Shown here one piece after another: positions 1 through 12,298 of a DNA stretch of 64,000 nt. A program made the translations under genes and the position numbers. Source of the DNA: Gonapodya sp. JEL0774 (taxonomy: Eukaryota); NCBI GenBank assembly GCA_027604505.1, contig JADIIX010000037.1, positions 62,001 to 126,000 of the forward strand. The letters run 5' to 3'. A model generated the notes under the pieces. That model was not told the DNA's origin. It saw only the letters and a program-made list of their open reading frames with translations, and did not search any database. Each line of letters opens with the position of its first letter. Position 1 is the first letter of the stretch.

Positions 1-279
1 CAGACAACTAAACCATAGTATGCAAGCTGGGAGCCACTGGAACCACGCGTTCGGTCTCTCATCCCATATCTGTTCATGCTTGAAAGTTTGCAGCAGTATC
101 TAGGGGAACAGACTGGAAGATTGCAAAGTACTCTTTCTCATAAGTATAAGAATATTTAAATCTCAGCATTGTCATGCTTTTCAAAAGATATTATTGTTGG
201 TCGTACTTGGGTTCATGTCCAAAGTATTCTGCAAGGCTTCAAGAACCAATTTACGAGGTCCACGATTCTTAGTCGCTGC

Positions 280-3200
280 ATGTCTCCGGAACCTGGTGAC
301 GCGGGCCTGGGAGAACTGGTGGAGGCGATCGAAGAGAATGAAGATTCGAGTGATGGAGCAACCAGCGACATCGCGGCGGTATCAACAGGATCGGCTGGAC
401 AACCAGTCACTCAGACGGAACCAGAAGCTTCCGCTTCTGATTCATCGGCGGCGAATCCTGTTCCGCCGTCTGTCCCGACCAACATCCCGCTTCATATGCC
501 ACCCCACCCGTGGCTCGCTCTCGTGCCTCCCTTGAAACGACCTGCGGTGTTCATTACTGGATCGACACTCACGGGAAAGAACCAAGTAGCGAACGCTCTG
601 GGGGCGAGATTGGGTGCCGTGGTCGCTACTCGTGACAGGCTGCAGAGAGCCATCGGGTTCGAATGCGAGCGAATCAGAAGAGACGCCAGGATCGAGGAAG
701 CGAGGCGAATGGAGGAAGCGAAACTCCTTGCACGCAAGAATAATCTGCCCGCGACGGGTGACGGTGGACAGGAAGAGTCGGGAGAAGCCGGTAAAGAAGA
801 GGATGGCGAAAAGGCAGGGCACACAGACTCGCCCGACGGTTCGCAGAATCCACAGGACGATTTAGATGCGTCGCAACTAGTACCTGCTCCTCCCACGGAA
901 CCACCTCTTCCTCCTCTCCCCTTTCCACCACCGCCGTCTTTGGTGTCTTTCCCACACCTCTCTATATCCTCTCTCGCTCGCTCTATCCTCGCTTCTGCTC
1001 CACCCGATGCACCTTCATTTATCACGAATCCACCTACTCTTTCTCATGACCTTTTCCGGGAGTGGGCTGATGCCGTGTGTGCCTCTAGAGATGCGACAGA
1101 CCGGGGTCTCGTAGTGGATTTGGGTGAAATAGTAACCGGAGATCAACTTCCGTCAGCGAACAAACGGGAGGTAGCGTCTGTATCACAAATGACGGCCATT
1201 GAAGCACCGCCATTGGACAGTTCCACCACCACACCATCTCTACCAGTCCAAGCTCTGATGCCCATCTCTTCTTCAACGGAAGACCATCATTCCCAACTCC
1301 CGTTCCTACCACCCACACTCACCCCTTTCCTCCTCCACCTTCACCCACCGTCACTCTCATCTACTTCGCCCAGAGTCACTTACCTCGATCCAATCACGGG
1401 CACGACATATCCCCACTCCCTCGTCTCCGCAACCCAAGCGCACTACTGTCGTCTTGATGCTGAGCATGACGCAGTGGGGCGTGACGATGGTGACGGTGTT
1501 GCAGGGGACGTCGAAGCTGTGGAAGAAGCAGGTACTGGAAGGGTCAAGAAAGCTCGAGGTGGCGATGATGGTGAAGGTGGGAATGAAGAGAATGATACAA
1601 TACCAGGAGAGAATGAAGAAATCGCGGAGGAGGAATGGGAAGACGATGCTGCCAGCGTATTGGGCGACAGGACTGTGTACGTGGCGTTAACGCAGGTTCG
1701 CTCATCTGCAACACACGGAGATGACTCCGACGAGCAGCAACCAACCGAAGACACGGAGCGGACTGACCCGGATCCTGACTCGGGAGAGACGGCCTCCGGA
1801 TTAGGAGGCGGCCGCGGATTAGGAGACGCGGTGGACGTGAATGACCCAACCCTTCAGGTCCCTACGAAGAGAACAAACAGATTCGGTGTAGGTGGAATGT
1901 GGAAGGCGCTTGGGAGGGATGTAGTGGAGAGGTGAGTTGCGTTGAGTGAAGGGGGGGTTTGTGGGTCTGTGAATCGTGCGTCTGTATGAGGGAAGTAGTG
2001 CCCTTTGGAGATCACGTTTGGAGATGAACAGAGACAATGTCTCATTATTTGACACATGGGGTAATATCCAACTTCTTCTTCTTATCCGTTTCCTAGGTTG
2101 GTTGCTCTCACTCCACCATCCTCAAGCCTTGATGAGTCTCCTGTCCCCACCCTCCCGCATCTCCCTGTATCTCACCGCATTTCTCTCTCCTCCCTTCAAC
2201 ACCCACGTCGGACGGCACGAGCAACTGTGGCGTTCATCAACGCTGTGGACCCCTCTCTTGGTATCCAGGTTCGAGGCAAGGCAGTGGTGCGACTGGACGC
2301 TGGTGAAATTCACAGTGAAGGGGAGGAGGGGGATGGTGGTGGAGAGGGTGCTCCAGAGACTGGGTCCGGAAACGCAGAGGGGGGCGTGGGAGGAAAGGCG
2401 GAGGGAGAAAGCTATGTCACGGATGAGAAGGATCCAGCGCAAGGGTTCGGGGAGTCTTTGAGTGATGAGGCAAGACAAGGGCTAGCGAGGGCGTTGGGTA
2501 CTGGCATCTCGAAACATATTCCAGGGAGAAAGGTTGCGTGCGACGGGTGGGATATCGTGGAAAGGAAAAAGGGCAAGAGAGTGAGAGGAAAAGTCGGGTT
2601 GGCATTAGGATGGAGGGTAAGTTTAGGGATTTTTGGGGTAGGCACCCACTCCTATGACATTATTGAAACTCATGTGTGTGCGGACCCAGGGATCTGCATT
2701 CTTCTTCTCCTCGGAACGTACCCTCGCTGCATTCTCTGCCAATCCAGACCATTATCTAGCTTCTACTCTCGCTCCTTCAAGCGGTTCTTCGACCACGCTG
2801 GACCAGGTCCGAATTTGCGTCACAGGTACCAACCCTCTCATCCCTTCCCTTTGTCGATCACTGGCTTCGGCCCAAGGAATCACTTTTGTCGACGTTCGGG
2901 AGGTTGTCGGACGGTGGCGACAACGGGGTACCGTTGGCAGTAACCAGAAAGACGCTACAATGGAAACGTCTGGCGAACAGCCGCCGTCACTCCCTGGCTC
3001 ACTCGCATCCCTCAATATGGACACTTCATCGCCACAGTTTTTGTCATCTGTACTGAAGGAGGTATTGAAGTCACTGAAAGAACAGGGGAAGGGCTGGGTC
3101 ATTGCAGGGTTCCCTGCCACACAAGATGAGGCGAAACTTGTCGCACAGGAGGGTGTCCATATGGGAACTGTCGTGTGGTGGGCGGCACCAGCGATGGGAG

Positions 3201-6200
3201 GCAATGCAGTCGATTCGAGGCCTGGTGCAGAAACCGATGTGAAAGAGGCCATTGATAGCAAGTTGAGGGATGGATGGACAACTGTGCTAGCTGAAGCCCC
3301 ACTCCCCGCCGCAGCACATAGAGCATTGCGGGCAACAGCCGTGGGGTGGTGTGACGCCGCAGATGGTGTCAAATGCGTTTTGCCGGAGGATATGTGGAGG
3401 AGGGTGCCTGGGGGGAAGATCGGTACTGAAGAGGATGACGGCAACACGGAGGAGGAAAACGAAGATGGAGGCCTCATACAGCTCGGTCCAACTGGTGTAT
3501 GCTGTCCGGTCCGGCTCCGAGCAGGTCATGTTGTGCGTGGTAAACCTTCCCACGCTGTTCGCTGGCGAGGGTTAACTTGGTTTTGTGCCGGGGAACCTGA
3601 GCAAATGGCCGCAACAAATGCCCCGGAGGAATTTCTCGCGCGCCCTCCAGCTGCTGTGCCCACACGTGTGTGCGTAGTGGGTACAATAGGCTCGGGTGTC
3701 CTGGCGGCTGCACAATGGATTGTCAAGCGAGACAATGGTGGTGAGGGGGCGAAGGTTGTAGAATTTAACGATTCATATCTCGCGCAGATCGTCGCGAGCG
3801 TCTCTGACAAAAGTGAGAAAGAAACGTTTGCTGCTGCGGTGAGAGACACTCCGCATGAGTTGCCGGAAGCGCTTGTACGGCGTGTTGTGGACGAACTGTT
3901 CGCCCGACCGACTGGTTTTGTTATCACCGGATTCCCCCGAAACGAGACTGAAGTGACTGCTTTGTTGGAGGGTGGACGGGGGGTGGACTGTGTCGTTCAT
4001 CTTACCGTTGAGAGAGACATTGCATGTAGCCGCGAGGTGCCTCAAAAGGTTGAGGAGGCAGAAGCGAAAGTTGCGAGGGCCAGGGCTGAGGGAAGTGAAA
4101 GGGAAGAAGGAGTGGATGTGACAGTGGTGGAGGAGGAGGTTGGAGAGGCGTGAGTTGTGCACGGTGCGGTGATTAAAGACGGTGTATGCAAACGATGTGA
4201 TGCTTCTTTCAATCGGTTAGGTACGACAAGGATGCGGAGTCTGTGGACTCTGTTATATCTGCATTCGCAAGACTTGCGACCGTGCCGGTGCTGGAAGTCG
4301 ACGCAAATCGTTGTGAGCGTGTTGTTTCTGCGTTGTTGGAGAAAACCGCGGGTGCCTTTTTGGTGGGGGTGAGTGGGTAACTTTTGCGAGACAGCGTATG
4401 CTTGACACGTCGCGTTTGGATGAGAACCCTTCCTATTTCTTGTGGCATTTTAGCGGCGAAATATGTTGGCGTGTCCCACACCTGTGGATCCACTGATGGT
4501 CACAGAGGCAGTGCGGACAGGTGCAGTAGCGTTTTCTGAAATGGGGTGAGCACCACTGATTGACGTCGGCTTCGCGTTTATGGATTAAGTCTGATTTTGG
4601 AATCCACATCAAGGTTGTATGACCCTGTCACGGTCATCCAGAATCTGGAGACGCGAAAGAAAGAGTGGATAATATGTCAGCACCAGTTTCATCCTTTCGT
4701 CGACCTTGCACTATTTGAAAAAAGTCAAGCCAAGAAAATCCCTTCGGAGGACAATGAAGAGGCGCAAGCTGATGGCGAGAGCGAAGAGGTGATTCGACCA
4801 AGTAAATCAGATACGCCGACGGCTTGCCTTCTCGGTAGCCGTGTCTTTGTATTCCACAACGAGGCAAACCTCGACTTGTTCTGTCGAGAGCCGTTCCGTT
4901 TCTCCAACTTTGCCGATGCGTTTCAAGGCGTTGTGAACGAGACTGAGTTGTTTTCGATAACGCCCCCAGTCAACATTTTGGGGGACGCGCCGCCACATGC
5001 GAAAGTCGCCGCGTCGGGAGCACTAGGCATTGGTGCGCTTGTGCTTGGTGGTGCGAAAGCCAATGAAACGGCAATGAAGGTTGCTCAAGACTTAGGATTG
5101 GAATATTTGACTGTTGAGTTTGCCGTGAGCGATATTTTAGATATGGACGAGGCGGCGGAAGAGGACAAGGCCGGAAAGAGGATCAAAGTTCCGGAGCAAA
5201 GCGATCTGAGAGATAGGGTTGCAGCTGCGGTTGCTGCAGATTGTCTTGATGACGACCTCAAGGTGGAGATCATAATGGAGGTGGTGAAGAGATCACGACC
5301 GGCAATGCGTGGGTGAGTGTCGCGAACAAAACTGATCGCAATCCAATTTTGCCTAACGATTCCGTGATAATCCCAATGGCTACGGATTAGCTGGGTTTTG
5401 AGTGGGTTCCCAACGACTATAATCCAGGCGCAACTCCTGGAAGAAGCTGCTATCACACCTCAACTCATCGTCGAAATCACTGACGCGGACGAAACAACAT
5501 CATCCACACAATCGCTTGCAACTATCCGCTCATTCTATACGACCCGCTATCCCATCTGGTTCCCAGTCCCCTCCTCAGCTCCTACATGGGCCCTGCGCGC
5601 CACAATATCCCGGCGACTTGTCCAAATACTCCGCAACAGGTCCGTCTATATCCATCGGACGAGCGTGGGGTGGGCAGCAGGAATACACGACTGTGGATCC
5701 GCGGTGCGGTTGGATGAGGTACCGGGCAAGGTTGACCGAAGGTACGGAAAGTGCTGTGCGGTAACGTTTTTGAGAGATGGGGAGCTGGAAATTTGTGAAG
5801 GGGAAAGGTGGACTGTGCAGTATAAGGTGAGAGTGAGAGCGCTTCTTGTGCGTGATCTGGAGTCCGATCTCCTAATATCGCGTTTCATTTTGCTCAGGGT
5901 GCCTACTTCCGAACGAAAGGACCAGAAGAGATGGAAGTCTTTCTCTCCGATCCGACCAAGTTTGTAGAGAATTACCGCAGTGTACCTGAAACCCTTCCCT
6001 TGTATCGATCGCGAACAGCGGTCAAATCTCAGTTTCCCAAGGAGATTGAGATGCAAGGGTACTGTCCGGTCACGTTTGTGGAGAACACAAGGTAAGTTTC
6101 CCTTGCTTATATACGTTTACTATGTGGCATCGACATCTTTTTCTGTATCAACAACCCTCTAACGGTCTTCCACTCCTTCTGCCTTTGGATTCGTCCGTCG

Positions 6201-7000
6201 TGCTTTTGATTTCGGTGTTCTCAAAGTGATCCGTTCGCGGAAGGCTCGTTGGACCTCGTAGTTGAGTTCAATGGGAAGTTGTACTCCATGGAGAGTCCGG
6301 AAAAGCTCACCATGTTTATGAGGTTGGTGCAAAGGGTTACTCCGAAGGACGGTCCTTGCAAATAGAATCAAATCATTATGCTGGTCTATGATCATCGCTT
6401 GACGCGGACTTCCTTTGCGCTCAGGAAACCATGGCTTTACACGAACTTCCGACCACCCTCTAAGCTTCCACCCAAAAAGATCGTGCTACCACTCTCCCAG
6501 CTTCCTATGGCGGCGTATCTAGAAAGAACAGTGGTGTCTGCTGTAACCAGTGCGATATCCAGTGCTGGGAAGACGAAGCCAAAGTTCCCGTACAAGAGCT
6601 TGGAAGCGTCGGCAGCGCAGTACATGGCGCTGTATCTGAAAGGTGGGACGTTCGGATCGGTTTGATCGTTCTGTTTGAAACTGCTCAGACATGTCCCTCA
6701 ACCTGGTATCAACCGACAACATTAATTGGTGCCCCACCACGCTTAACATTACCATGCACGACTGATGAAACAGCGAACAATCCGTCTGCAAAACCTTGGG
6801 TTAGATCGAGTCACCAGGCTCAGCTGGATTCGTTCCGACACATATGCGGCGTGACTTCCGAACTCGCATCACGTACGCAGCGGCTAAGTTATGTGCCCGA
6901 AGATAAGCGGGAGAGGGGGATAGACGAGAAGATTGAGAGCATTGTGCGACTTCAGCCTGTAACCAAGAGGCTGGTCGGGATGCGACCGGATAGCAATTGA
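280..7000 (+). CDS. AK9: Adenylate kinase 9-like axonemal protein (multi-exon; degenerate AK P-loop domains alternating with YHS-like modules)
   Basis: P-loop-like motifs PAVFITGSTLTGK and RVCVVGTIGSG; AK lid-region motifs GWVIAGFP, GFVITGFPR and WVLSGFPTT; YHS-like repeats (GVCCPVRL..GKPSHAVRWRGLTWFC, GKCCAVTFL, QGYCPVTF). The spliced C-terminus YLERTV..KPKFPYKSLEASAAQYMALYLK/ANNP resembles the AK9 C-terminus. GT-AG introns join ORFs 169, 2098, 2654, 4597, 5398, 6378 and 6662. The start at ATG 280 is presumed. Confidence 0.82.
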
Positions 7001-7233
7001 TTGTTATGAGTGCATTAAGATACTAGTTTATTGATGATAGGTGGAAGGGCATTCATCAATGTTCATGAGTGGGAACACATACTCCAGATAATATTGAACG
7101 GGGTTTGTGGGCACAAGGGATTAACGGCATGATCGGATGCAGATCAAACATGAGGCACTCACGGCTTGGCTGGCATCCAACTGCGAAAAGCGTCCGAAAC
7201 CAAGGAGACAGGCGCCACCAGCGACAGGGAAAG

Positions 7234-10075
7234 ATGAGGAGAAGCATAACCCGATTCTGGTGGAGACAGAAGATTCTTGTGATCATCGGGGCCGTGTTTT
7301 CCTTGGCCATCCTCCACAAACCAGTTTTCGCGAACACGGGAATCCACCATTTTCCTTTGAAACGGCGATTAGATCGCAACACCGGAGCTGCAGATGGCGC
7401 ACGGAGGTGGACGGCTGCTGCTCTGCTTGAGGAGGGAGAGCGGGTTCAATCAAAATATGTCTGGCTTATGGCTTTCGATAGAGTCATGAACGGAGATAAG
7501 TCCCAGCTTCCACCAATTGCATCTCTGCGACGGCGACAGTCTAGTTTTTGGATTGGAAATGTGGATGACCTTGAATATGTGAGCGCATGGATTGTTTAGG
7601 GAGAGAAAGATGAAGGACAAACGGATTCTGAACACATGCACAGCACATTCCTATTTCCCTCGGGACACCTCCCCAGTTGTTCAATGTTACCCTGGGTGAG
7701 TCGTGTGAATCCACATCGAAGTGCCGTCACGGCTGACGTTCATTGCATGTTCTCGAACCGTGGGATGCCCGATTTCAATTTCCTTTACTTGTCGAAAGAC
7801 ACGGGATCTTCAAACGTATGGGTGTGTGAGTGCTACATCGTGTCGATTTTTGGCGCCATTTGGTCGGAACGCGCTGAGGTTCGCCAACCCCTCCCGTCCT
7901 GCGCAGACTCCCACAAGTGTCCTCACGACTTCACCACGACCTGTTACAATCACGCCCTCTACAACCCCTCGATGTCTTCAACGTATAAACCCGCTATGCT
8001 TAGCACCGCAAGGCTCAGTGGAGCACTCCCTGTCCTTGGGAACGCCACTTCTATTGAACCCGGATACACCAACAACTTCAAAATCTCGTACGGATCGGGA
8101 ATCGTCAATGCGATCGCGAGCCAGGTGAGGAAGCTGTGTCTGTGCCTGGCTTGTAGATAGCTGTGGCGAAGGTGGTTGTGCAACCGTGACGGAAACCTGC
8201 ATCCGTCAGCCTGGCCAACTTTCGCATGCATCACAGCGAAAATGTATTCTATGCATGAGCTATGAGAACTAGCGAAACCTCATGTCATTTGCGTCCGCAC
8301 TATTCTCAGGACGTCTTGAAGTTCGGTAATGTCACGCTCCAAGACCAAATCTTCGGTGAGGTCTATAGCGTCCCCAGCAACTCCTCTTTCTTCAACAGCG
8401 TATCGGATGGCCTGCTGGGACTCGCATTCGATGTGAGGGCCAAATGCAAAGGATGGACTTGAGAACCAGCTTTCCACCTCTACTGACCTCGGTGCTTGCT
8501 CCCACGGCCACTCTGTCAGATCCTCGCTGAAGGTAACATCACCACACCACTCACGAAAATGGTCGACCAACACCTTATCGCGGAGCCGATGTTCTCCTTT
8601 TTCCTCAACACCAACGAAGCCGAGAACGGAACTGAGCTTCGCATCAACTCGCATGGGGGTATATTTACCCTGGGCGGGTACGAACCCTCACTGGCAGATT
8701 CTTCAATCACATGGAACACCATTCAAACTACCTACGGGTTCTGGCAACTACCGCTCATCCGGGTAGTGTTTGGAAACAGTACCATTGTCGGTGGTCCGAC
8801 CAACGACGGGACACCTGCATCCGCCATCATTGATACAGGCACGGCGCTCATACACGCGCCTTCGTCGTATATGGCGGCGATAACGAGCGTAGTGAAGGCC
8901 GTGCCGGCTCAGTCAGCGGGGCTTGGTGAGACAGGTTTTTATCAGTTTGATTGCTCCGATGCGAGTAAAGTGCCAGACTTGACCGTCTCGTGTAAGCTTT
9001 GATTTGTCATTGCGTTGGGAAAGAAGGACATTCGCGAAACCGATCGTTGCATCCTTTTGTTAGTCGCCAACTCCACTTTGAACATTGCTGGGAAGTATCT
9101 ATGGACGCTCGATGATTCCAACCCTGCCGTGCAGCGGTGCTACCTCATCATCAAAGACGCTGGATCTGCTGTGGGAGCCCTTCCTATATGTGAGTTGCAC
9201 GCAACTTGGGACATAACAGCTATCATTTTGACGCGGACATCCCATCGCATAAAGGGATCTTGGGAGATGTCTTTTTGCGCCAATTCTACACGGTTTTCAA
9301 TCGAGGGAACTTATCCGTGGGCTTCGCGACCCCGTGCAGAACCGAACAGAATTGTGATAAAGCCACCAGTTTTCTCGCCAGTTTGGAGTCGCATGACGGA
9401 CCTTCTCCTTCTAGCAGCAGTGGGAGTAAAGCTTCTGGTTTGCCTGGATCCCCAACCCCTGCACCTCCAACGGTAACGAACGCTGGACTCGCATCGAACA
9501 TTCCCCTCATCGTCGGAGCGACTGGAGGGAGCATCGCCGTGCTGGGGATTGTTGCGTTTTTGCTAGCTAGGCAGTCATTCAAGTCCAAGGACTCACGGGA
9601 GGAGTTTGAACGCTTGCCTCCCTCAAAACCACCGATGTGGGAACATGAGGAAGATTTGAGAAGTCCCGAAAGTCCTCAGCAATATCAAAGACCTTTCCCA
9701 CCTTCCTCACCGCGTGTCATGCGATCTCAGCGTTCTTCGCTGGAGGTGTATCAACAAGTTTCCCGGAAGACCTCGCGGAGAAGTCAACGTTCGCTGGAGC
9801 GTGACACACTGGAAAGCCCCATCTCCGCTTCTCTCCAACCTCGCTCGCGTTCGTTCCATGCGGGATCCAATCGGAGTGCAAGGAAAGTTTCCCGGTCCAG
9901 ACAACCCGAGATGCTCGAAGTGTCGAAAGAACACTGGTCGCATGGGACTGAACATAGCGTGCGAGGGAGAAACGTGGACACTCGGCAAATAGCAACGATG
10001 GGAATGGGAGAACGTTTGTATATGGAGCAGGAATTCGAGCGAGGACGATCGGTACGCGCTGGACGTTACCGGTAA
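7234..10075 (+). CDS. Pepsin-family (A1) aspartic protease with N-terminal hydrophobic signal and C-terminal transmembrane helix plus Ser/Arg-rich tail (multi-exon)
   Basis: Spliced ISLGTPPQLFNVTL/DTGSSNVWV; flap FKISYGSG; DGLLGLAF; second catalytic IIDTGT; ILGDVFLRQFYTVF; then TM IPLIVGATGGSIAVLGIVAFLLA. The start codon is uncertain (7129 or 7234). Confidence 0.9.
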
Positions 10076-10668
10076 TGGTTGGAGTAACTGAAATGCAGAA
10101 TACCCTCATACCGTTGGTAACTGTAGAATATTTATGTAACCAACATCGTATTTACTACATTGATGCAAATGCAGCATCCCCGCTTAGGGGGAAAGAAGGA
10201 TGAAGTCAATTTATGTCATGAGTCCGACGAGTGTCGCTAGTCATCCCTGCGGGCATTGACGATGCCGCGAAACTCGTTTCCGAGACGACGGCGAAGGTTA
10301 ATGCTTGCTCAATTTGTTTGATTCGCGAGGATGCTGTGTTGGTTTGATCTGGGAGAGCCACCTTTTGGACGGTAAGATCATCTCTGCAACTAATCCCGAG
10401 CACTGCCAAGTATGAATGCAGCTCTAGTAGTACCCTTTACACACCAATTACCACAAAGACCCGTGCGGTCGATACCTTGCAACAAGACATGGCCCTGCCT
10501 GAAGCTGATGTGGGAGGGCAGGGTTGATGACCTGTTGCACCTGTTTCCGTTCTGTCCGGCAGCGCGCTGTGGCCTTTGTCCGGATCTTCCTCAACCGTAC
10601 ACACCGATTAAGTGCCGCTAATCACTTTTGTGAATCGGAGCAAGACCTGAAATCGGCCCTTGTTATCC

Positions 10669-12096
10669 ATGCCTGGACTTCGCGTTCCCCACCGATCTGT
10701 CGTACTTGAGGGACAGAAAACTGTAGATTTGTCGGTCATGGGTCTGGGGTTGATGTCCCTTTCGGTTTTCTCTGGTGGGGAGAATCATACAGACCATCAA
10801 AGCGAAGAAACTGCGATTGAGGTGATCGGGAAAGCGCTTGAGATGGGGATCAACGTGTTTAATAGTGCTAGTTTGTGACTATACTCGTCGTTTCATGGGG
10901 AATGACTTCGTATTGAAATCCTATCCTCTCGGCAGCTACGGATCGGGACACAACGAGCGCGTTTTGGGAAAGGTGAGTTACAGGTTCAAAGTCTCCCGAA
11001 GCTGCCGTGTCTCAAACACCTTTTGTTCAAAGGCCATCGCCAAGTTCGGTCGTGACAAATTTTTCATGTGAGCTTTCAAATTAATGACATTGGCAAAGAA
11101 ACGGAATTACAACCGTTTCAATGAACGCGTCAGAACCGACAAATTTGGGCAGATTCGCAACAACTCGACCGGACAATTGCTGGGCTACGACTGCTCTCCT
11201 GAGTCTGTAGTCAAGCAATGCGAAGCAAGCTTGTCGAGACTAGGCATCGACACCATCGACGTGTACATTCCTGCCAGAGTCGATCCGAAAGTACCCATCG
11301 AAGAAACCGTCTCCGCCCTTGCGTCTTTGCAGCGCGCTGGGAAAATACGGTATATTGGCTTGTCAGAAGCCAACGCAGACACCATCAGAAGAGCGGCGAA
11401 AGTAGCCCCCATCTCGTTCCTCGAGATCGAGTTCTCGCTTTGGACGCCAGATATCGAAGAGGTGGTTCTGCCTGTTTGCAGGGAGCTTGGCATCAAAGTG
11501 TTGGCTTACTCACCGCTTGGACGAGGTAGGTTTATCCTAACGAGGCTGCGGAGAGAAATGGGAGACAATTTTATGAGTATTTCAAATGCCATCAAGGTTT
11601 ACTGACTGGCACCGTGAAACCTGGAGAATCCGGCAAGCTCCCGTCGACCGACATGCGCAGTCACTTCCCTCGCTTCCAAGGTGACAACTTGACAGCAAAC
11701 TATCAAACATTTGTTGCTCCGCTCGAGGACATCGCCAATCGGATGACGAAGGAGAGCGGTGAGGTAGTCACGCCGAGTCACGTGGCTCTCGCGTGGGTGT
11801 TGAGCCGGGGTCCTGATATTATTCCTATCCCAGTAAGTTTGATTATGCATTGAGCTATGCTGTTAATATCGGCATCATCATGCGATTTTCACAACGATAT
11901 GTATGCTCATCCTCAGGGCACCAAACGTGCGAAACTCGTGGAGGAGAATGCCAAGGCCTCCGTGCTTGAGTTGAAGAAGGAGGATTTGATTACACTTAAT
12001 AGTCTCTCTCGGGAGGTGAAGGCAGTCGGGGATCGGTATCCAGGGGGAATCGCCTCAATGTTGCAGGACCTGTCTGTCGATAGTGCCAAAATGTAG
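10669..12096 (+). CDS. Aldo-keto reductase with non-canonical tetrad (pyridoxal reductase/AKR8-like or AKR13-like), ends -AKM
   Basis: SVMGLGLM, spliced NSASFYGSGHNE, TDKFG, SLSRLGIDTIDVYIPARVDP, GKIRYIGLSE, EIEFSLW, LAYSPLGRG, IIPIP/GTK; multi-exon. Confidence 0.9.
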
Positions 12097-12298
12097 AACA
12101 CAATAAAGATTGATTGAAATGAAGGTTTGTTGATTATAACTTTTGTACATTGTCAGTAAACAACCCTGCTTGGCAGGTTGATCGATGGGACGGCTGGCCG
12201 TGGACGGGATGATAATGAGGTGATGCTGGGGAGGGGGGATCTCAGCGTCGGAACCAAATTTCCAACATTCTTCCCACCCCCCACCCCTCCAACCACCC

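Noticed and set aside
10100..10660. Possible small gene between the protease and the AKR
   Set aside because: ORFs are under 70 aa with non-ATG or weak starts and no motifs.
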